A DNA stretch of 64,000 nt. Origin: Armatimonadota bacterium (lineage in GTDB: Bacteria > Armatimonadota > HRBIN16). Below, piece by piece: positions 8,842-19,131 of the stretch (within the stretch, counting starts at the first letter, position 1; every line of letters begins with the position of its first letter). A program made the position numbers and the translations under genes. Under the pieces are notes generated by a model. The model saw nothing but the letters and a program-made list of their open reading frames with translations. It made no database searches and was not told the origin of the DNA. The stretch lies in the NCBI GenBank assembly GCA_963677485.1, contig OY781964.1, forward strand, positions 352,001-416,000, in the 5' to 3' direction.

Positions 8842-11178
8842 TTAGTATTCCGCCTTTCCTTCGTATATCATATGCGTGCCGGCCGGGTGAATCACATCGT
8901 GCGCCGTGCCGTTGATCTTCACGCTGATGGTGCCGTGCGGAGTGGCGATCAGCCCCTCTGCTGACGTCACATATCCAGGCAGCTTAGTGAAGCTGAACTT
9001 CTTGAAGCCGGGTTCAAGCGGTTTGATGCCGAGTATATATGCGTGCCAGAAGTAGACCGGAATGCCCGACCAGCCATGGCACAGACTGCCGGCATCATCA
9101 AAGTCGGCGGCACCCTTGATGGTCTCCCAAAAAGTGGTAGCGCCATGGCTCAGCATGTATGCCCAGTCCTTGCGGATGTCCTCCATCGCGGCCAGCCCGA
9201 ACTGCTCCGGCTGCTGAAGCAGTGCCTCATACTTGTAGATACTGTAGCTGAGCGTGGCCCTGACCATGCCGTTCTCGCGGTTGGCCAGCTTGGCCCGCAG
9301 ACCCTGGGCCTCACGTTCGGGCACTACACCGGCCAGAAGCGCAAGCGACTGCGTCAGCTCCGCACAGTGCTGCTCGTTGTCGGAGTAGGTGCGGTATAGC
9401 TGCGTGCGGGCGTCCCAAAACTTGCGGTGGATGGCCTTGTTCACGCTGCGCTGCTGGGCCGAGTAGTCATCGGCCAGAGCCTGATCACCCAGATAGTGTG
9501 CCATCTTGGCCGCCGCTTCGAGGGCCAGCGAGTAGAACAGGTTGAGCGGAGCATCTCGGCGGTCCGGCGACACCTTCTCGCTGTGGGAGCCGTCCAGACC
9601 ATCGGCCCACTCGTAGAAATGCCAGTAACGCTTGCCGATCGGCAACTGCAGCAGTCCCTCAGCCAGCGAGGCCTGGTAGCTCTCCAGCATCCGCATCACG
9701 CGCGGCAACTGCCTGGCGGCGAACTCAAGATCGCCGGTATACATCAGGTGGTCGGCTAATGCGATCACCCACGCCATGCTGAAGCACGGGATCGTGATAG
9801 ATATCTCTGCAGGTGCGCAGAGCTCCAGATAGCCGTCGGCTTTCAGTCCCATGCCCAGAAGCTCCAGAGAAGCCGCCGGGAACTTGGGATCGCCAAACGC
9901 GGTGTAACCACACAGCGCCTGGTTGCGCATATCCATGGCATACAACGCCTGCTCACGCCACGGGCAATCTTCGTAGTGCTCATGCATGCACAGCTCCAGC
10001 GTGCGGATGCTGGTCTGGTAAATCTGGTCGATCTGTTCATCGGAGCTCCGGAAGCTGCCGTTTTGCACCACGGGATAGGCCACCGGCAGCAGGCCCGCAT
10101 ATGCGATTTCGCACTTCGGCCCGGCGTGGCTGATGTGCAGTTGGATATACCGACCAGCCATACGCAGGAAGTAGTGGGTGAAGTTCTGCTTTCCTTCGCG
10201 GCAGACATACCGGCTGGCGAAACACCGCCGGCCCACACTGGCGCGCACGTGACCATCCTCCAGATGCTCTCCCCAGGCGATATCGACGATGGTGCCCTCC
10301 GAGGCATCCAGTTCCAGGTCAAACTGCCCGGCCTCTTCCCTGCCCAGGTCGAAGATCAGATAGATGCCGTCGGCTTTCCTGGCGGCTGCGGTGATGAGCT
10401 TCAATCCCAACCTGTCCGGGAGCCTGGTCGCGTAGCCCGGAATCACAAGCTGCTCCAGAGTGCCCGGCAGAAGGCGTGCTGCCTGCATCTGCTCCGCCAC
10501 AGGGCTTGCCTTCTCCTCAGCCGATTGGTGGAACAGTCCTTGCGCCACCAGGCATGATGTCAGCCGGCCCCCGATGTTGAGTTTTTCGATTGGGCGGGCC
10601 TGAGCAAGCGGACGCGTCTGTGTGCTGACCGTGTCTGCGGCGGTGATTGTGCGCCAGTCCGACTTCATCTGGAACTCTGGCGCATTCCAGTTTTGGTCAT
10701 CAAGCCCGGCGTGGTATTCAAAGGTGAAACCGAGTTGGCCGGTCACTTTGGCTATCTTGCCCTGCTTGTAGCCTTTCGACAGCCGGTAGGAGGTCTCCAC
10801 ACCGCTGCTGACCACCGTCTCGGCACATCGCAAGCTGTAGATCAAACCCGGGTTGGAGATGATGTATTGGAAGCTGTCTGCGCCTTGGTAGAAGCCCAGC
10901 ACCGCGATGGTGTTGCGACCGGCACGAAGGTATTGCGCCACCGGCAGCGTGTCGTAGGTCTTGCATTCGGGATAGTCGTCATACTGACCGAAACCGGCCA
11001 GCTGCCCGTTGATCCACACCGCGTAGTCGGTGTCAATGCTGATGTCTAAACTGGCGTTATTATCGACGCTGGATAGGTCGAACTGCTGTCGATACTGGAC
11101 ATATTGATTAGGTGAACTACCCGCCGCGGCAGGCCAGATCCATAGGGCACCGGTATCATCAAAAAGCTGTGTATTCAT
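8842..11178 (-). CDS. GH78 alpha-L-rhamnosidase family
   Basis: 'EDCPWREQALY', 'GATTFWE', 'SLCHGWS', 'ILGIKPLEPG'. Confidence 0.9.
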   Translation of the reverse strand: MNTQLFDDTGALWIWPAAAGSSPNQYVQYRQQFDLSSVDNNASLDISIDTDYAVWINGQLAGFGQYDDYPECKTYDTLPVAQYLRAGRNTIAVLGFYQGADSFQYIISNPGLIYSLRCAETVVSSGVETSYRLSKGYKQGKIAKVTGQLGFTFEYHAGLDDQNWNAPEFQMKSDWRTITAADTVSTQTRPLAQARPIEKLNIGGRLTSCLVAQGLFHQSAEEKASPVAEQMQAARLLPGTLEQLVIPGYATRLPDRLGLKLITAAARKADGIYLIFDLGREEAGQFDLELDASEGTIVDIAWGEHLEDGHVRASVGRRCFASRYVCREGKQNFTHYFLRMAGRYIQLHISHAGPKCEIAYAGLLPVAYPVVQNGSFRSSDEQIDQIYQTSIRTLELCMHEHYEDCPWREQALYAMDMRNQALCGYTAFGDPKFPAASLELLGMGLKADGYLELCAPAEISITIPCFSMAWVIALADHLMYTGDLEFAARQLPRVMRMLESYQASLAEGLLQLPIGKRYWHFYEWADGLDGSHSEKVSPDRRDAPLNLFYSLALEAAAKMAHYLGDQALADDYSAQQRSVNKAIHRKFWDARTQLYRTYSDNEQHCAELTQSLALLAGVVPEREAQGLRAKLANRENGMVRATLSYSIYKYEALLQQPEQFGLAAMEDIRKDWAYMLSHGATTFWETIKGAADFDDAGSLCHGWSGIPVYFWHAYILGIKPLEPGFKKFSFTKLPGYVTSAEGLIATPHGTISVKINGTAHDVIHPAGTHMIYEGKAEY

Positions 11179-11265
11179 TGGCTCTCTTTCCTGATGCGCG
11201 CTCATCAAGCACGCGGAATATTCCTACCTTAGAATACACCGTCCGGCGGGCTGAATCCTGTTTGG

Positions 11266-11724
11266 TTAGTCAGCTCCCGAAGCATACATCGCTAGACCAC
11301 CATAGAATATGACGTATATCATATAAAGGCCCATCCATACAATGAGGGGCATCGATATCCAAAGTGCTGTATTTGCTAGTTTGGCCTCCTTCGGCTTGTG
11401 CTGTGCTTTTATACGCCGTTTTACGTCACGCGCAACAAACATGGCCGCGACCACTAACCCTAAGCTTAGTATGTAAAACAGGCCTATGGAGAACAACCCT
11501 AATCCAAAGAAAACAAGACCGGCTATAGATAACCTGACAGCCCAATCCGCAGCAACTCGTGGTGAGGATTCATCCAAGGCATCTGTGGGCTCATTCAGCG
11601 ATTCGTAGCATTTCGGGCAGACCAGTAGTCCGCGGTCCTCCTTCGAGCATTCGGCGCACACCGGATGCTTGCAGTAGTGGCAGCGTTCTTCAGCGGTGAT
11701 ATCTGGGTGGTTCACGCAGTGCAT
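11266..11724 (-). CDS. B-box-type Zn finger + DUF4190-like membrane protein
   Basis: CxxH-x8-CxxC-x4-CxxC-x9-CxxC followed by hydrophobic helices; GGAGGA RBS. Confidence 0.8.
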   Translation of the reverse strand: MHCVNHPDITAEERCHYCKHPVCAECSKEDRGLLVCPKCYESLNEPTDALDESSPRVAADWAVRLSIAGLVFFGLGLFSIGLFYILSLGLVVAAMFVARDVKRRIKAQHKPKEAKLANTALWISMPLIVWMGLYMIYVIFYGGLAMYASGAD

Positions 11725-11856
11725 GGGTGGTCCTCCAATGATCGATTTTTGGTGTCCGGTTTCATGTTACCAGATATCAGTTCGCCTGTATCGCATCCGT
11801 AGGGATGGCCCGCGGGCAACTATTTACCTGTCGAGGTTGGCGGCCATGCACCGATT

Positions 11857-11993
11857 CCGCGACATAAATGTCTCGGCTATTGATCAGCAAGCCTGTTAAA
11901 ACAGGCTGCGGCATTTCGTGCCGATGGTGTGCTCTTCGTCCTAGGCTGCTTCAGCAGACTTAGTGGTCAATAGCCGAGACATTTATGTCGCGG
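11857..11993. repeat. REP/REPIN-like palindromic doublet (family B)
   Basis: ccgcgacataaatgtctcggctattga ... tcaatagccgagacatttatgtcgcgg; other arms at 16617, 16911, 17158, 24735. Confidence 0.88.
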
Positions 11994-12114
11994 CGGAAGG
12001 TCACGAGTTGAATCTTGCCTCCGCTTGACATCGCAGCTGGCTTAGAGGAACATACAATCAAGGCTGGTGTTCTGCAACACACGGCATCTGCATATAAACC
12101 TGGAGCAATCATCT

Positions 12115-15100
12115 ATGATCATCAAAATCACCGTGCCGATCCTGATCGCGCTGTTCGCAACAGCGGTCTTGTCCATCTCTCACGCGCAGGGGTCTGCCCT
12201 GGTGGCCCATTGGTCGTTCGATGAAGGCTCCGGCAACGTGGTGCGAGACATCTCAGGGAATGGCCATGACGGCAGGTATCGACATACCGTATTGACAGGC
12301 GGCATCAAAGGCCAGGCGGCCTCTTTCGGCGGAACCAGTGACAGCTGCGTCACCATCGACTCCTCGAAGCTGCCAACCTTCAGAGCATTCACCATTGAGG
12401 CATGGGTCTATCCCGGTGAGTTGGACAGTGCGCCTGACAAATACATCGTAAGCTGGTGGGACCATTTCCTGCTGCGCATCGACCGACCGGGTCTTAATAG
12501 CGCCACCACCTTCTACACCTTCACCAATGCCGATCCAGGCACACCGGCGAAGGGTCCTGCGCTACAAACCAACGTCTGGCAGCACCTGGTGGGCACCTGG
12601 GATGGCTCCACCGCGCAGCTCTGGGTGAATGGTGCGAAGGTCGCCGAAGTGCCGCGGCCCGGCCCGCTGGGAGTCACCGACAAGCCGTTTGACATCGGCG
12701 CCTCGTTCACAGGGCTCATCGATGAAGTCAAACTCTACAGCCGGGCCCTCAGCGCGAAGGAGATCGCAGAGCAATTCGGCATGTCTGTGCGTGTAATGAG
12801 CTTCCAGTCGGAGGACCCCGTCAGCCTCGCCCAGATTCCCGCCAAACTACAGCTCAACCTGATGAACACCAGCCAATCCAGCCTGGTGGCCAGACCGCTT
12901 ATCACGCTGCCCGCCGGTGTGAAACTGGTCGGCAACCAGCCCGAGGCGACCCGCATCGAGGCTGGAAAGAACCGAAGGTTCGTCTGGACCGTCATCTCAT
13001 CCACTGAGGGCATGAAGCAGTTCCTGGTGAATCCCGGTGTGACCGGCGGAGGCGCGCTGCCCGCATCGGCTACCGTCCGGTTCCTGCCCGCGGTCAACAG
13101 CCACAACACATCACAAACAAGGGCAAGTCAGATTAAATTTTCATCCGATGGTTATCAGTTCACCGTCACCGCGGAGCCACACGGACTGAACCTGGTGGTC
13201 ACCTCGCATAGATGCTCGTACCGGCCGCTGGCCGGGCTGGGACCGGTCTTCCGCGCGGGCGATGTGGAGCACCGGCCGGGTTCATACCCTGTGCAACTTG
13301 TGTCTGTGAAACAGCAGCCGCGGTCGCTGACTGCCACCTACCGCGCCCTCCCTGCTGGAATGGAGCCCGTGGAGTTCACCCTCACCGCCAAGCCCGCCAA
13401 ACAAGGGATGTCGCTGGAGTTCGATTGTCAGCAGCCGGTGGTCTCTGCGGTCACGGCTGGTGTTTGCGTCGGCGTCGACACGCTGCGCTCTCAGCCCATG
13501 GGACGATACCACGAGCAGGGCGGCGAAGGCCCGTTCCGTGCATTCTGGCTGGCCGAGGCGCAAAGCTGGGCATGGGCGGAGTGGGACTTCGACAAGAGCA
13601 ACTGTTCCGTCATCACACCCACAGGCACCAAACCTAATCGCCAACCTTTGGTCGGTGATCAAATCTACATGAACCGGCAGGATGGCTCGCGGATGCCCAT
13701 GCATGAGGTGCTGAACCTGAGGCTTGGCTCCGATCTGTGGAAGACGATCGGTCCCCTACCCAACCAGCCCACGCCTTTCGCAAAGGAGCTGCGCAACATG
13801 GTCTGCGCCGACCTCTGGGGAGGCTCCTTCGGTTTCTGCAAAGACTTCCTGGAGTGGCTCGATCGCAGCACAGCGGGCGCCTACAAGTTTTTGACTATCG
13901 TGCATGACTGGCAGTCACCGGCATATGACACCAACCTGCCTGAGGTGATGCCTCCGAGCGCCAAATACGGCGGTGAGCAGGCGATGCGCTCTCTGCTGGC
14001 CACCGGCAACCGCATCGGGCGGATCGGTCTGCATAACAACTATCTGGTCACCGGCCTACCCGGCGGACGCGCGGAATTAGCCGGAGCACGGCCATACCTC
14101 TCTCCCACCGGAGGGATGGACAAGGTCCTCGGCGGGTTCAGGCCGGCACCCATCAGCATGGTCGAACCGATGAAGCTGATCGAGCCGGAGGTACATGCGA
14201 TGGGCACCTCAGCCATTCACATGGATGAGCAAGGTGCAATAGGAATTCCGGTCGATGGTTGGGCGTTTGGCATCAACTGCGACCCGAAACACCCAGATGA
14301 GATCATGCTGCGCACGCTCATTCGAGGGATGCGCGAAACCACACTGACCGCGAAGAAAATACACCAGGGACCGGTGTTCGTGGAGACAGGCGGTAACGAG
14401 TATCTTGAGGGATACTCCGACTGCAATGACTACGGCGTGCTGAAGGGTACCGCGCGTGTACTCTGGCCCGACTACAAGCTGCACCGGATCCAGCCGCTCA
14501 TCGGTGGCTACGGCATGGGTCTGTATTACCGGTATTTCCTGTCACCCAGCGAGTTCTACACGCCATGGCCATCACCCGGTGTCAAACAAGAGGAAGCCGA
14601 CGACTACCGCACCGCGCAGATGTTCTATGCCAACGGTGCCTACCTCTTCTGGTATCCCGGCATGCCCAAGGAGTTCGCCTTCACCGAGGTTGGTCTGGTG
14701 GGCACCCTCCAACCATACTACATGTTCCAAAAGATCAACGAGATCAGTTATCTGTGTGTGGACAGCAAGTGGCGAACTTTCGCGGAGCTCATTCAGCAGG
14801 ATTTGCCGCGCGACCGGCGTTATGTGGTGAAGGAGATCTTCGCCAACGGATATACCCAGATCGTCAACCGCACAGCAGACGAGGTGACCGTCTCCACGTC
14901 GCAAGGCAAAATGGTGCTGCCGAAGAACTCCTTTGTGGCCTGGAAGGGCAGCAGCCTGTATGCCTACTCGGCCTATGCTCCCGGCACACAGCATCGGGTG
15001 GACTTTGCCGAGGACAAAACGCGGCAGATCAAGTTCATCAACCCGCGGGCTGGCGAGTTCCAGGGTGTGACCGTGCCCTCTTTATGGGTGAAGGGCAAGC

Positions 15101-15144
15101 GGGTGGAGGTCTCCTTCACGCCGGACAAGCTCCCACAGAAATGA
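12115..15144 (+). CDS. Secreted LamG-domain protein with putative TIM-barrel glycoside hydrolase (DUF5696-like) C-terminal half
   Basis: Signal peptide; 'AHWSFDEGSG...DISGNG', 'FTIEAWV', 'WQHLVGTWDG', 'GLIDEVKLYSRALS' (LamG); 'HDWQ..YD..LPEV.P....YGG'. Confidence 0.7.
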   Translation: MIIKITVPILIALFATAVLSISHAQGSALVAHWSFDEGSGNVVRDISGNGHDGRYRHTVLTGGIKGQAASFGGTSDSCVTIDSSKLPTFRAFTIEAWVYPGELDSAPDKYIVSWWDHFLLRIDRPGLNSATTFYTFTNADPGTPAKGPALQTNVWQHLVGTWDGSTAQLWVNGAKVAEVPRPGPLGVTDKPFDIGASFTGLIDEVKLYSRALSAKEIAEQFGMSVRVMSFQSEDPVSLAQIPAKLQLNLMNTSQSSLVARPLITLPAGVKLVGNQPEATRIEAGKNRRFVWTVISSTEGMKQFLVNPGVTGGGALPASATVRFLPAVNSHNTSQTRASQIKFSSDGYQFTVTAEPHGLNLVVTSHRCSYRPLAGLGPVFRAGDVEHRPGSYPVQLVSVKQQPRSLTATYRALPAGMEPVEFTLTAKPAKQGMSLEFDCQQPVVSAVTAGVCVGVDTLRSQPMGRYHEQGGEGPFRAFWLAEAQSWAWAEWDFDKSNCSVITPTGTKPNRQPLVGDQIYMNRQDGSRMPMHEVLNLRLGSDLWKTIGPLPNQPTPFAKELRNMVCADLWGGSFGFCKDFLEWLDRSTAGAYKFLTIVHDWQSPAYDTNLPEVMPPSAKYGGEQAMRSLLATGNRIGRIGLHNNYLVTGLPGGRAELAGARPYLSPTGGMDKVLGGFRPAPISMVEPMKLIEPEVHAMGTSAIHMDEQGAIGIPVDGWAFGINCDPKHPDEIMLRTLIRGMRETTLTAKKIHQGPVFVETGGNEYLEGYSDCNDYGVLKGTARVLWPDYKLHRIQPLIGGYGMGLYYRYFLSPSEFYTPWPSPGVKQEEADDYRTAQMFYANGAYLFWYPGMPKEFAFTEVGLVGTLQPYYMFQKINEISYLCVDSKWRTFAELIQQDLPRDRRYVVKEIFANGYTQIVNRTADEVTVSTSQGKMVLPKNSFVAWKGSSLYAYSAYAPGTQHRVDFAEDKTRQIKFINPRAGEFQGVTVPSLWVKGKRVEVSFTPDKLPQK

Positions 15145-15172
15145 CGAACACCGTGCCCGCCAGGAGGACTAG

Positions 15173-16468
15173 ATGATGAATCCAAACAAAGCACTCATCG
15201 ACCGCATAGCCCAGACCAAAACGCTGATGGAAAGCAAGGGTGTCCGGCGCCACAAGCTGACTGGGCTGGATTACTATACCAGCTATACCGACCTGTATGA
15301 CTGGGAACTCTATTACGATACCCTCGCGCTGGCCTATCTGGGCAACGAGAGCTATGGTATCAACGGCATCAATATCTTCCTGGCGAACCAGCGGGAGGAC
15401 GGCTTCATCCCGCGCCATGTGCGTCAGGCGCCGTTCGAAGATTGTGCACCCGAATCCCAGAACCAGATATGGGTGGAGGAGCAAAAAGAGCACTGCAAGC
15501 CCTTCCTTTTCCAGACCGCGCTGATCATCTGCAAAGCTCTTGGAAACATGGACTGGCTCACCATGCCGCAGTTTGAAGGGCTGAAGAGATACCTCAATCA
15601 CTGGCTGAACGATTGGGATAGTGATCATAACGGCCTCTGTGAGTGGAACAGCGGTCCGCACAGCGGAGCCGACTCCCAACTGGAGCGCATCGGCTCATGG
15701 GGTTCCCGCTTCTGTGAGGGTGCCGATCTGAACAGCTTCCTGTATCGCGAGTGCAAAGCCGCCGCGCTGGTGGCCACGATCCTCGGACAAACGGCAGACG
15801 CAGACTGTTTTGAAGCTCAAGCCCAGATCAAGGCCGACCGTATCCAGAAACTTCTCTGGAACGAAGAAGAGGGCTTCTATTTTGACAGGAATTCCAAGAC
15901 CGGCCAACCCATCCTGGTGAAATCCGCGGCTGCATTCCTACCGCTCTGGGCAGGAATCGCCACCTATAGCCAGGCGGAAGCGCTGGTGGAGAAGCATCTG
16001 AAGAACACAGATGAGTTTTGGACGGCTCTACCGGTGCCCGCTTACGCCCGATCCGAACCGTTCTACACCCAATACTACCAACCCAACTACGACCTCGATC
16101 CGCTCCGGACTTTGCCACCAGGACACTGCAACTGGAATGGCGGCACTTGGCTTCACTGGGACTATATGTTTGTGCAAGGCCTGCGGCAATATGGTTTTGT
16201 GGAAGAGGCCAACCAGTTGGCCAACAAGCTGTGTGCGGCCATGCAGTCAAACCCAGGCGTATTCGAGTGGTATAACGCCGACACCGGTGAAGGCTGTGGG
16301 ATGTCCTTCTGGGCTGGTGCCACCGTGATGGGCTTCCTCATGCCCACGGAACTCGGTCTTGGCGTAGACCCAACGCGGCTGGATGCCAACCTCGACCCCG
16401 CGGGCTTCGAAGCCGTGCGGCAGCAGCTTGGGCTTACCGGCAGGTTTACGCCGACAGAGGTTCACTGA
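15173..16468 (+). CDS. MGH1/GH63-like (trehalase-like) glycoside hydrolase
   Basis: 'LYDWE', 'HSGADS', 'DLNSFLY', 'LWNEEEGFYFD', 'FLPLWAG', 'WNGGTW', 'FEWYN'. Confidence 0.82.
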   Translation: MMNPNKALIDRIAQTKTLMESKGVRRHKLTGLDYYTSYTDLYDWELYYDTLALAYLGNESYGINGINIFLANQREDGFIPRHVRQAPFEDCAPESQNQIWVEEQKEHCKPFLFQTALIICKALGNMDWLTMPQFEGLKRYLNHWLNDWDSDHNGLCEWNSGPHSGADSQLERIGSWGSRFCEGADLNSFLYRECKAAALVATILGQTADADCFEAQAQIKADRIQKLLWNEEEGFYFDRNSKTGQPILVKSAAAFLPLWAGIATYSQAEALVEKHLKNTDEFWTALPVPAYARSEPFYTQYYQPNYDLDPLRTLPPGHCNWNGGTWLHWDYMFVQGLRQYGFVEEANQLANKLCAAMQSNPGVFEWYNADTGEGCGMSFWAGATVMGFLMPTELGLGVDPTRLDANLDPAGFEAVRQQLGLTGRFTPTEVH

Positions 16469-16493
16469 TTGGGGAGCGGACTCATACCCTCAC

Positions 16494-17194
16494 TGCCACG
16501 CCCTCAGTACCGCGCCCTGAAGGACACGGTTTATTAGCAAAAAGCCGGCTCGAAGCCGGCTGCCGGAGATCCGCGGCCGAGAGGATTGATCGCATCTATT
16601 GCCGCATGTCCGTCCGCAGCCTGTTTCAACGGGCTTGGCTGGTCAATAGCCGAGACATTTATGTCGCGGTAGCAGTGACGGTGTCCCCCACACGCTACAT
16701 GCCTTCCGGCACCCACGGAGTGGGTATGATTCTTATAGCCAGGGGTAAGCGAAGCGCAACCCCTGGTAGATGCAACACCATCCCTACCCCGAAGTGGGTC
16801 GAACCGGTTTACAGCGGTCTACCATTCAACTCGGCGTGACGTAAGAGATGCCACGCCCTCGATATCAGTCTATTACCCACAAATATCGCATGGCCAGTAG
16901 GTCACCGATTCCGCGACATAAATGTCTCGGCTAATGAACACCAAGACTGCTGAAGCAGTCTTCATTAACGTTATCTTTGTCGGCAAGGAGCTCCGCAGCC
17001 CGGTTTAGCGGGCTTGTATATAGCTGGTCGTAGGGGCGTCCCTTGTGGGCGCCCTAATCGTTGTTGATTCGATAGTTTTGGTTTTAGGGCGTCCACAAGG
17101 GACGCCCCTACGACCGTATCAGTTACAGTCTGGGCTACCGTACCAGCACGGGTAGGTGCTTGGCTGGTCAATAGCCGAGACATTTATGTCGCGG
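16494..17194. repeat. Mosaic cluster of REP-like elements (families D/B, A, B, E)
   Basis: D/B hybrid 16510-16669; family A 16705-16803; family B pair 16911/17194 enclosing GTAG REP doublet 17029-17112. Confidence 0.85.
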
Positions 17195-17242
17195 TATTTG
17201 CGGTCGCCGACTACGATATGAGATTGATATCCATCGACTAGA

Positions 17243-17656
17243 CTACTCGCCACATACACCGGTTAGCTGATTTTTGGGGATTTTGAAAAACCGCAACCCA
17301 TAAATGACCACTATCCATAGTGCAGATTTAAACAGACCGCCATAGTTGTGTGTTAGGATGCTGAGGTAGATCCCCGTCACACACATACAGGTAAGCAGCC
17401 GCCTGATCGCCAGGCGTACGCCAACACCCTCCGGCGATTGCCAGAATGCCTTTTTAGACTCGATACGAGCGAGCCTTTCCTCATCTGACGGAACGGCTGA
17501 ATTGCCAGCCAGCTCTACTGGTTGGTTCTCAGGGTCGAAACACTGCTTGCAGACGTATCGGCCGCGGTCGTTTAACAGGCAAATGGGGCAGAACGGCTGG
17601 TGGCAGACGTCGCAACTGCATTGTGTATAAATGCTAGAATGGTTGGTACAGTTCAT
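17243..17656 (-). CDS. B-box Zn finger membrane protein (array gene 5)
   Basis: MNCTNH...CDVC...CPIC...CKQC then two hydrophobic segments; start reassigned to ATG 17656 (AAGGGG RBS). Confidence 0.8.
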   Translation of the reverse strand: MNCTNHSSIYTQCSCDVCHQPFCPICLLNDRGRYVCKQCFDPENQPVELAGNSAVPSDEERLARIESKKAFWQSPEGVGVRLAIRRLLTCMCVTGIYLSILTHNYGGLFKSALWIVVIYGLRFFKIPKNQLTGVCGE

Positions 17657-17756
17657 GATGTTCCCCTTATCATATGGCCCGTTGCCCTCTGTTAATGATA
17701 GCCTTCGATAATGCTGAGCTTCGGCCCTTCCGCTCGTTCGCACGTTCACTCGTTCG

Positions 17757-18191
17757 TCAGCAACCCATATTCGCGATCCTGTAGACCGCCGCAGCGCACA
17801 CCAAGACAATCACCAGCGCAGACATCCAGATCGTCGTGGTTGCTAACCGGGCCGATTTGGGATCATGACGTTCGTGGCAGAGCTTCCTGGCATCGCGCGC
17901 ATAGATGATCGCATCAATTGATAGACCAAGGCTGACCAGGAAAAACACGCCCAAAGTAGCCAAACCCAGGCCGCAAAACAAAACACCCTGCACGAACGTC
18001 CACAAGGCCTTTTTTGCCGCGATGTCGGTCGGTTCAACAAAAGAAGTGGCTGACGCTGAGGTCTGGGGCTCATAACATGACAGGCATGTTATGGTTCCAC
18101 TGTCCTCATGCATGCAGTCGCTGCAGACAAACTGTTGACAGATATGGCATCGCCCTTGTGAGGGAACCTCTGGATGGTTTGCGCAGTTCAT
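17757..18191 (-). CDS. B-box Zn finger + DUF4190-like membrane protein (array gene 4)
   Basis: MNCANH...CHIC...CSDC...CLSC plus TM helices; AAGGAG RBS. Confidence 0.82.
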   Translation of the reverse strand: MNCANHPEVPSQGRCHICQQFVCSDCMHEDSGTITCLSCYEPQTSASATSFVEPTDIAAKKALWTFVQGVLFCGLGLATLGVFFLVSLGLSIDAIIYARDARKLCHERHDPKSARLATTTIWMSALVIVLVCAAAVYRIANMGC

Positions 18192-18209
18192 ATTTACTCC
18201 TTAATCATG

Positions 18210-18647
18210 TCATCCGCTAAATATGAGAGCCTTTTGCGCCATGATAAGTATGAATACGGCCACCATCAGCACTACGCTCATTACGATCGCCGCGTTGGCT
18301 AGGACAAGGCCCTTCAGCTCCGGTTGTTCTTTCAGAATCCGCCTGGCCTTCACCGCTTTAAATATGGAAACGACAAATAACACGGCACTAATAAGCAATG
18401 GCAAGCTCACAAAAACTACACCAAGCCCGACGTTCACAAACCCCCAAACCGCCAGCTTGAACGCAAGCATCGCCTCTTTGCACAACAGTGATTCGTCCAT
18501 CGGCTCCTCTGGCGGGTTTATCGTGTCATAACACTTCTGACACATGAACCGACCGCGGTCGTCTACCAGCGTGCCGACGGGGAAACTGCCCTTGCAGGTG
18601 TCACACATGATGGTCGTCGGTACATCAGGTAACAGTTTAATTTTCAT
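18210..18647 (-). CDS. Half-B-box Zn finger + DUF4190-like membrane protein (array gene 3)
   Basis: Only CDTC...CQKC retained; 'KGLVLANAAIVMS' DUF4190-like; AGGAGG RBS. Confidence 0.8.
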   Translation of the reverse strand: MKIKLLPDVPTTIMCDTCKGSFPVGTLVDDRGRFMCQKCYDTINPPEEPMDESLLCKEAMLAFKLAVWGFVNVGLGVVFVSLPLLISAVLFVVSIFKAVKARRILKEQPELKGLVLANAAIVMSVVLMVAVFILIMAQKALIFSG

Positions 18648-18662
18648 GTAGCCTCCTGTGCA

Positions 18663-19100
18663 TTAACACGGATGTTGCAAGAAACGTACCAACGAGATAC
18701 TCACATACAGCAGCATGCATGCCACCATCGAACCCGACAACCACAATGCTGTGTTCGCAGCCAACCTGACCAACCCTCCCGAAAGCGGCTTCGGTTGGCG
18801 CTTCAGTTCAACGGCCTGGAGCACTGATCCCGCGGAAAAGCCGATACTCAGGATGATAAACAACCCGATGGAATGCACACCCCACCAAAAGCTGATCAAC
18901 CCACTGATCGCCAGTATGAGGGCAGTTAGGGCACCCTTCGACGCTGAGAAACCACTTGGCTCGCTGGCGTTCATCACATCGAAGCAGCTTTGACAGATAT
19001 ACCCTGCACGTTCTTCAACCATACTCTCAACCGGTACCAAATGCTGGCAGTTCGCGCATCGGGCGTGCGTCGGGATGTCTGCGGGTAGTATAATTTTCAT
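18663..19100 (-). CDS. Half-B-box Zn finger + DUF4190-like membrane protein (array gene 2)
   Basis: Only CANC...CQSC retained; TM helices; AGGAGG RBS. Confidence 0.8.
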   Translation of the reverse strand: MKIILPADIPTHARCANCQHLVPVESMVEERAGYICQSCFDVMNASEPSGFSASKGALTALILAISGLISFWWGVHSIGLFIILSIGFSAGSVLQAVELKRQPKPLSGGLVRLAANTALWLSGSMVACMLLYVSISLVRFLQHPC

Positions 19101-19131
19101 ATGGCCTCCTGCTAGATTTCAAATGTAAAGC

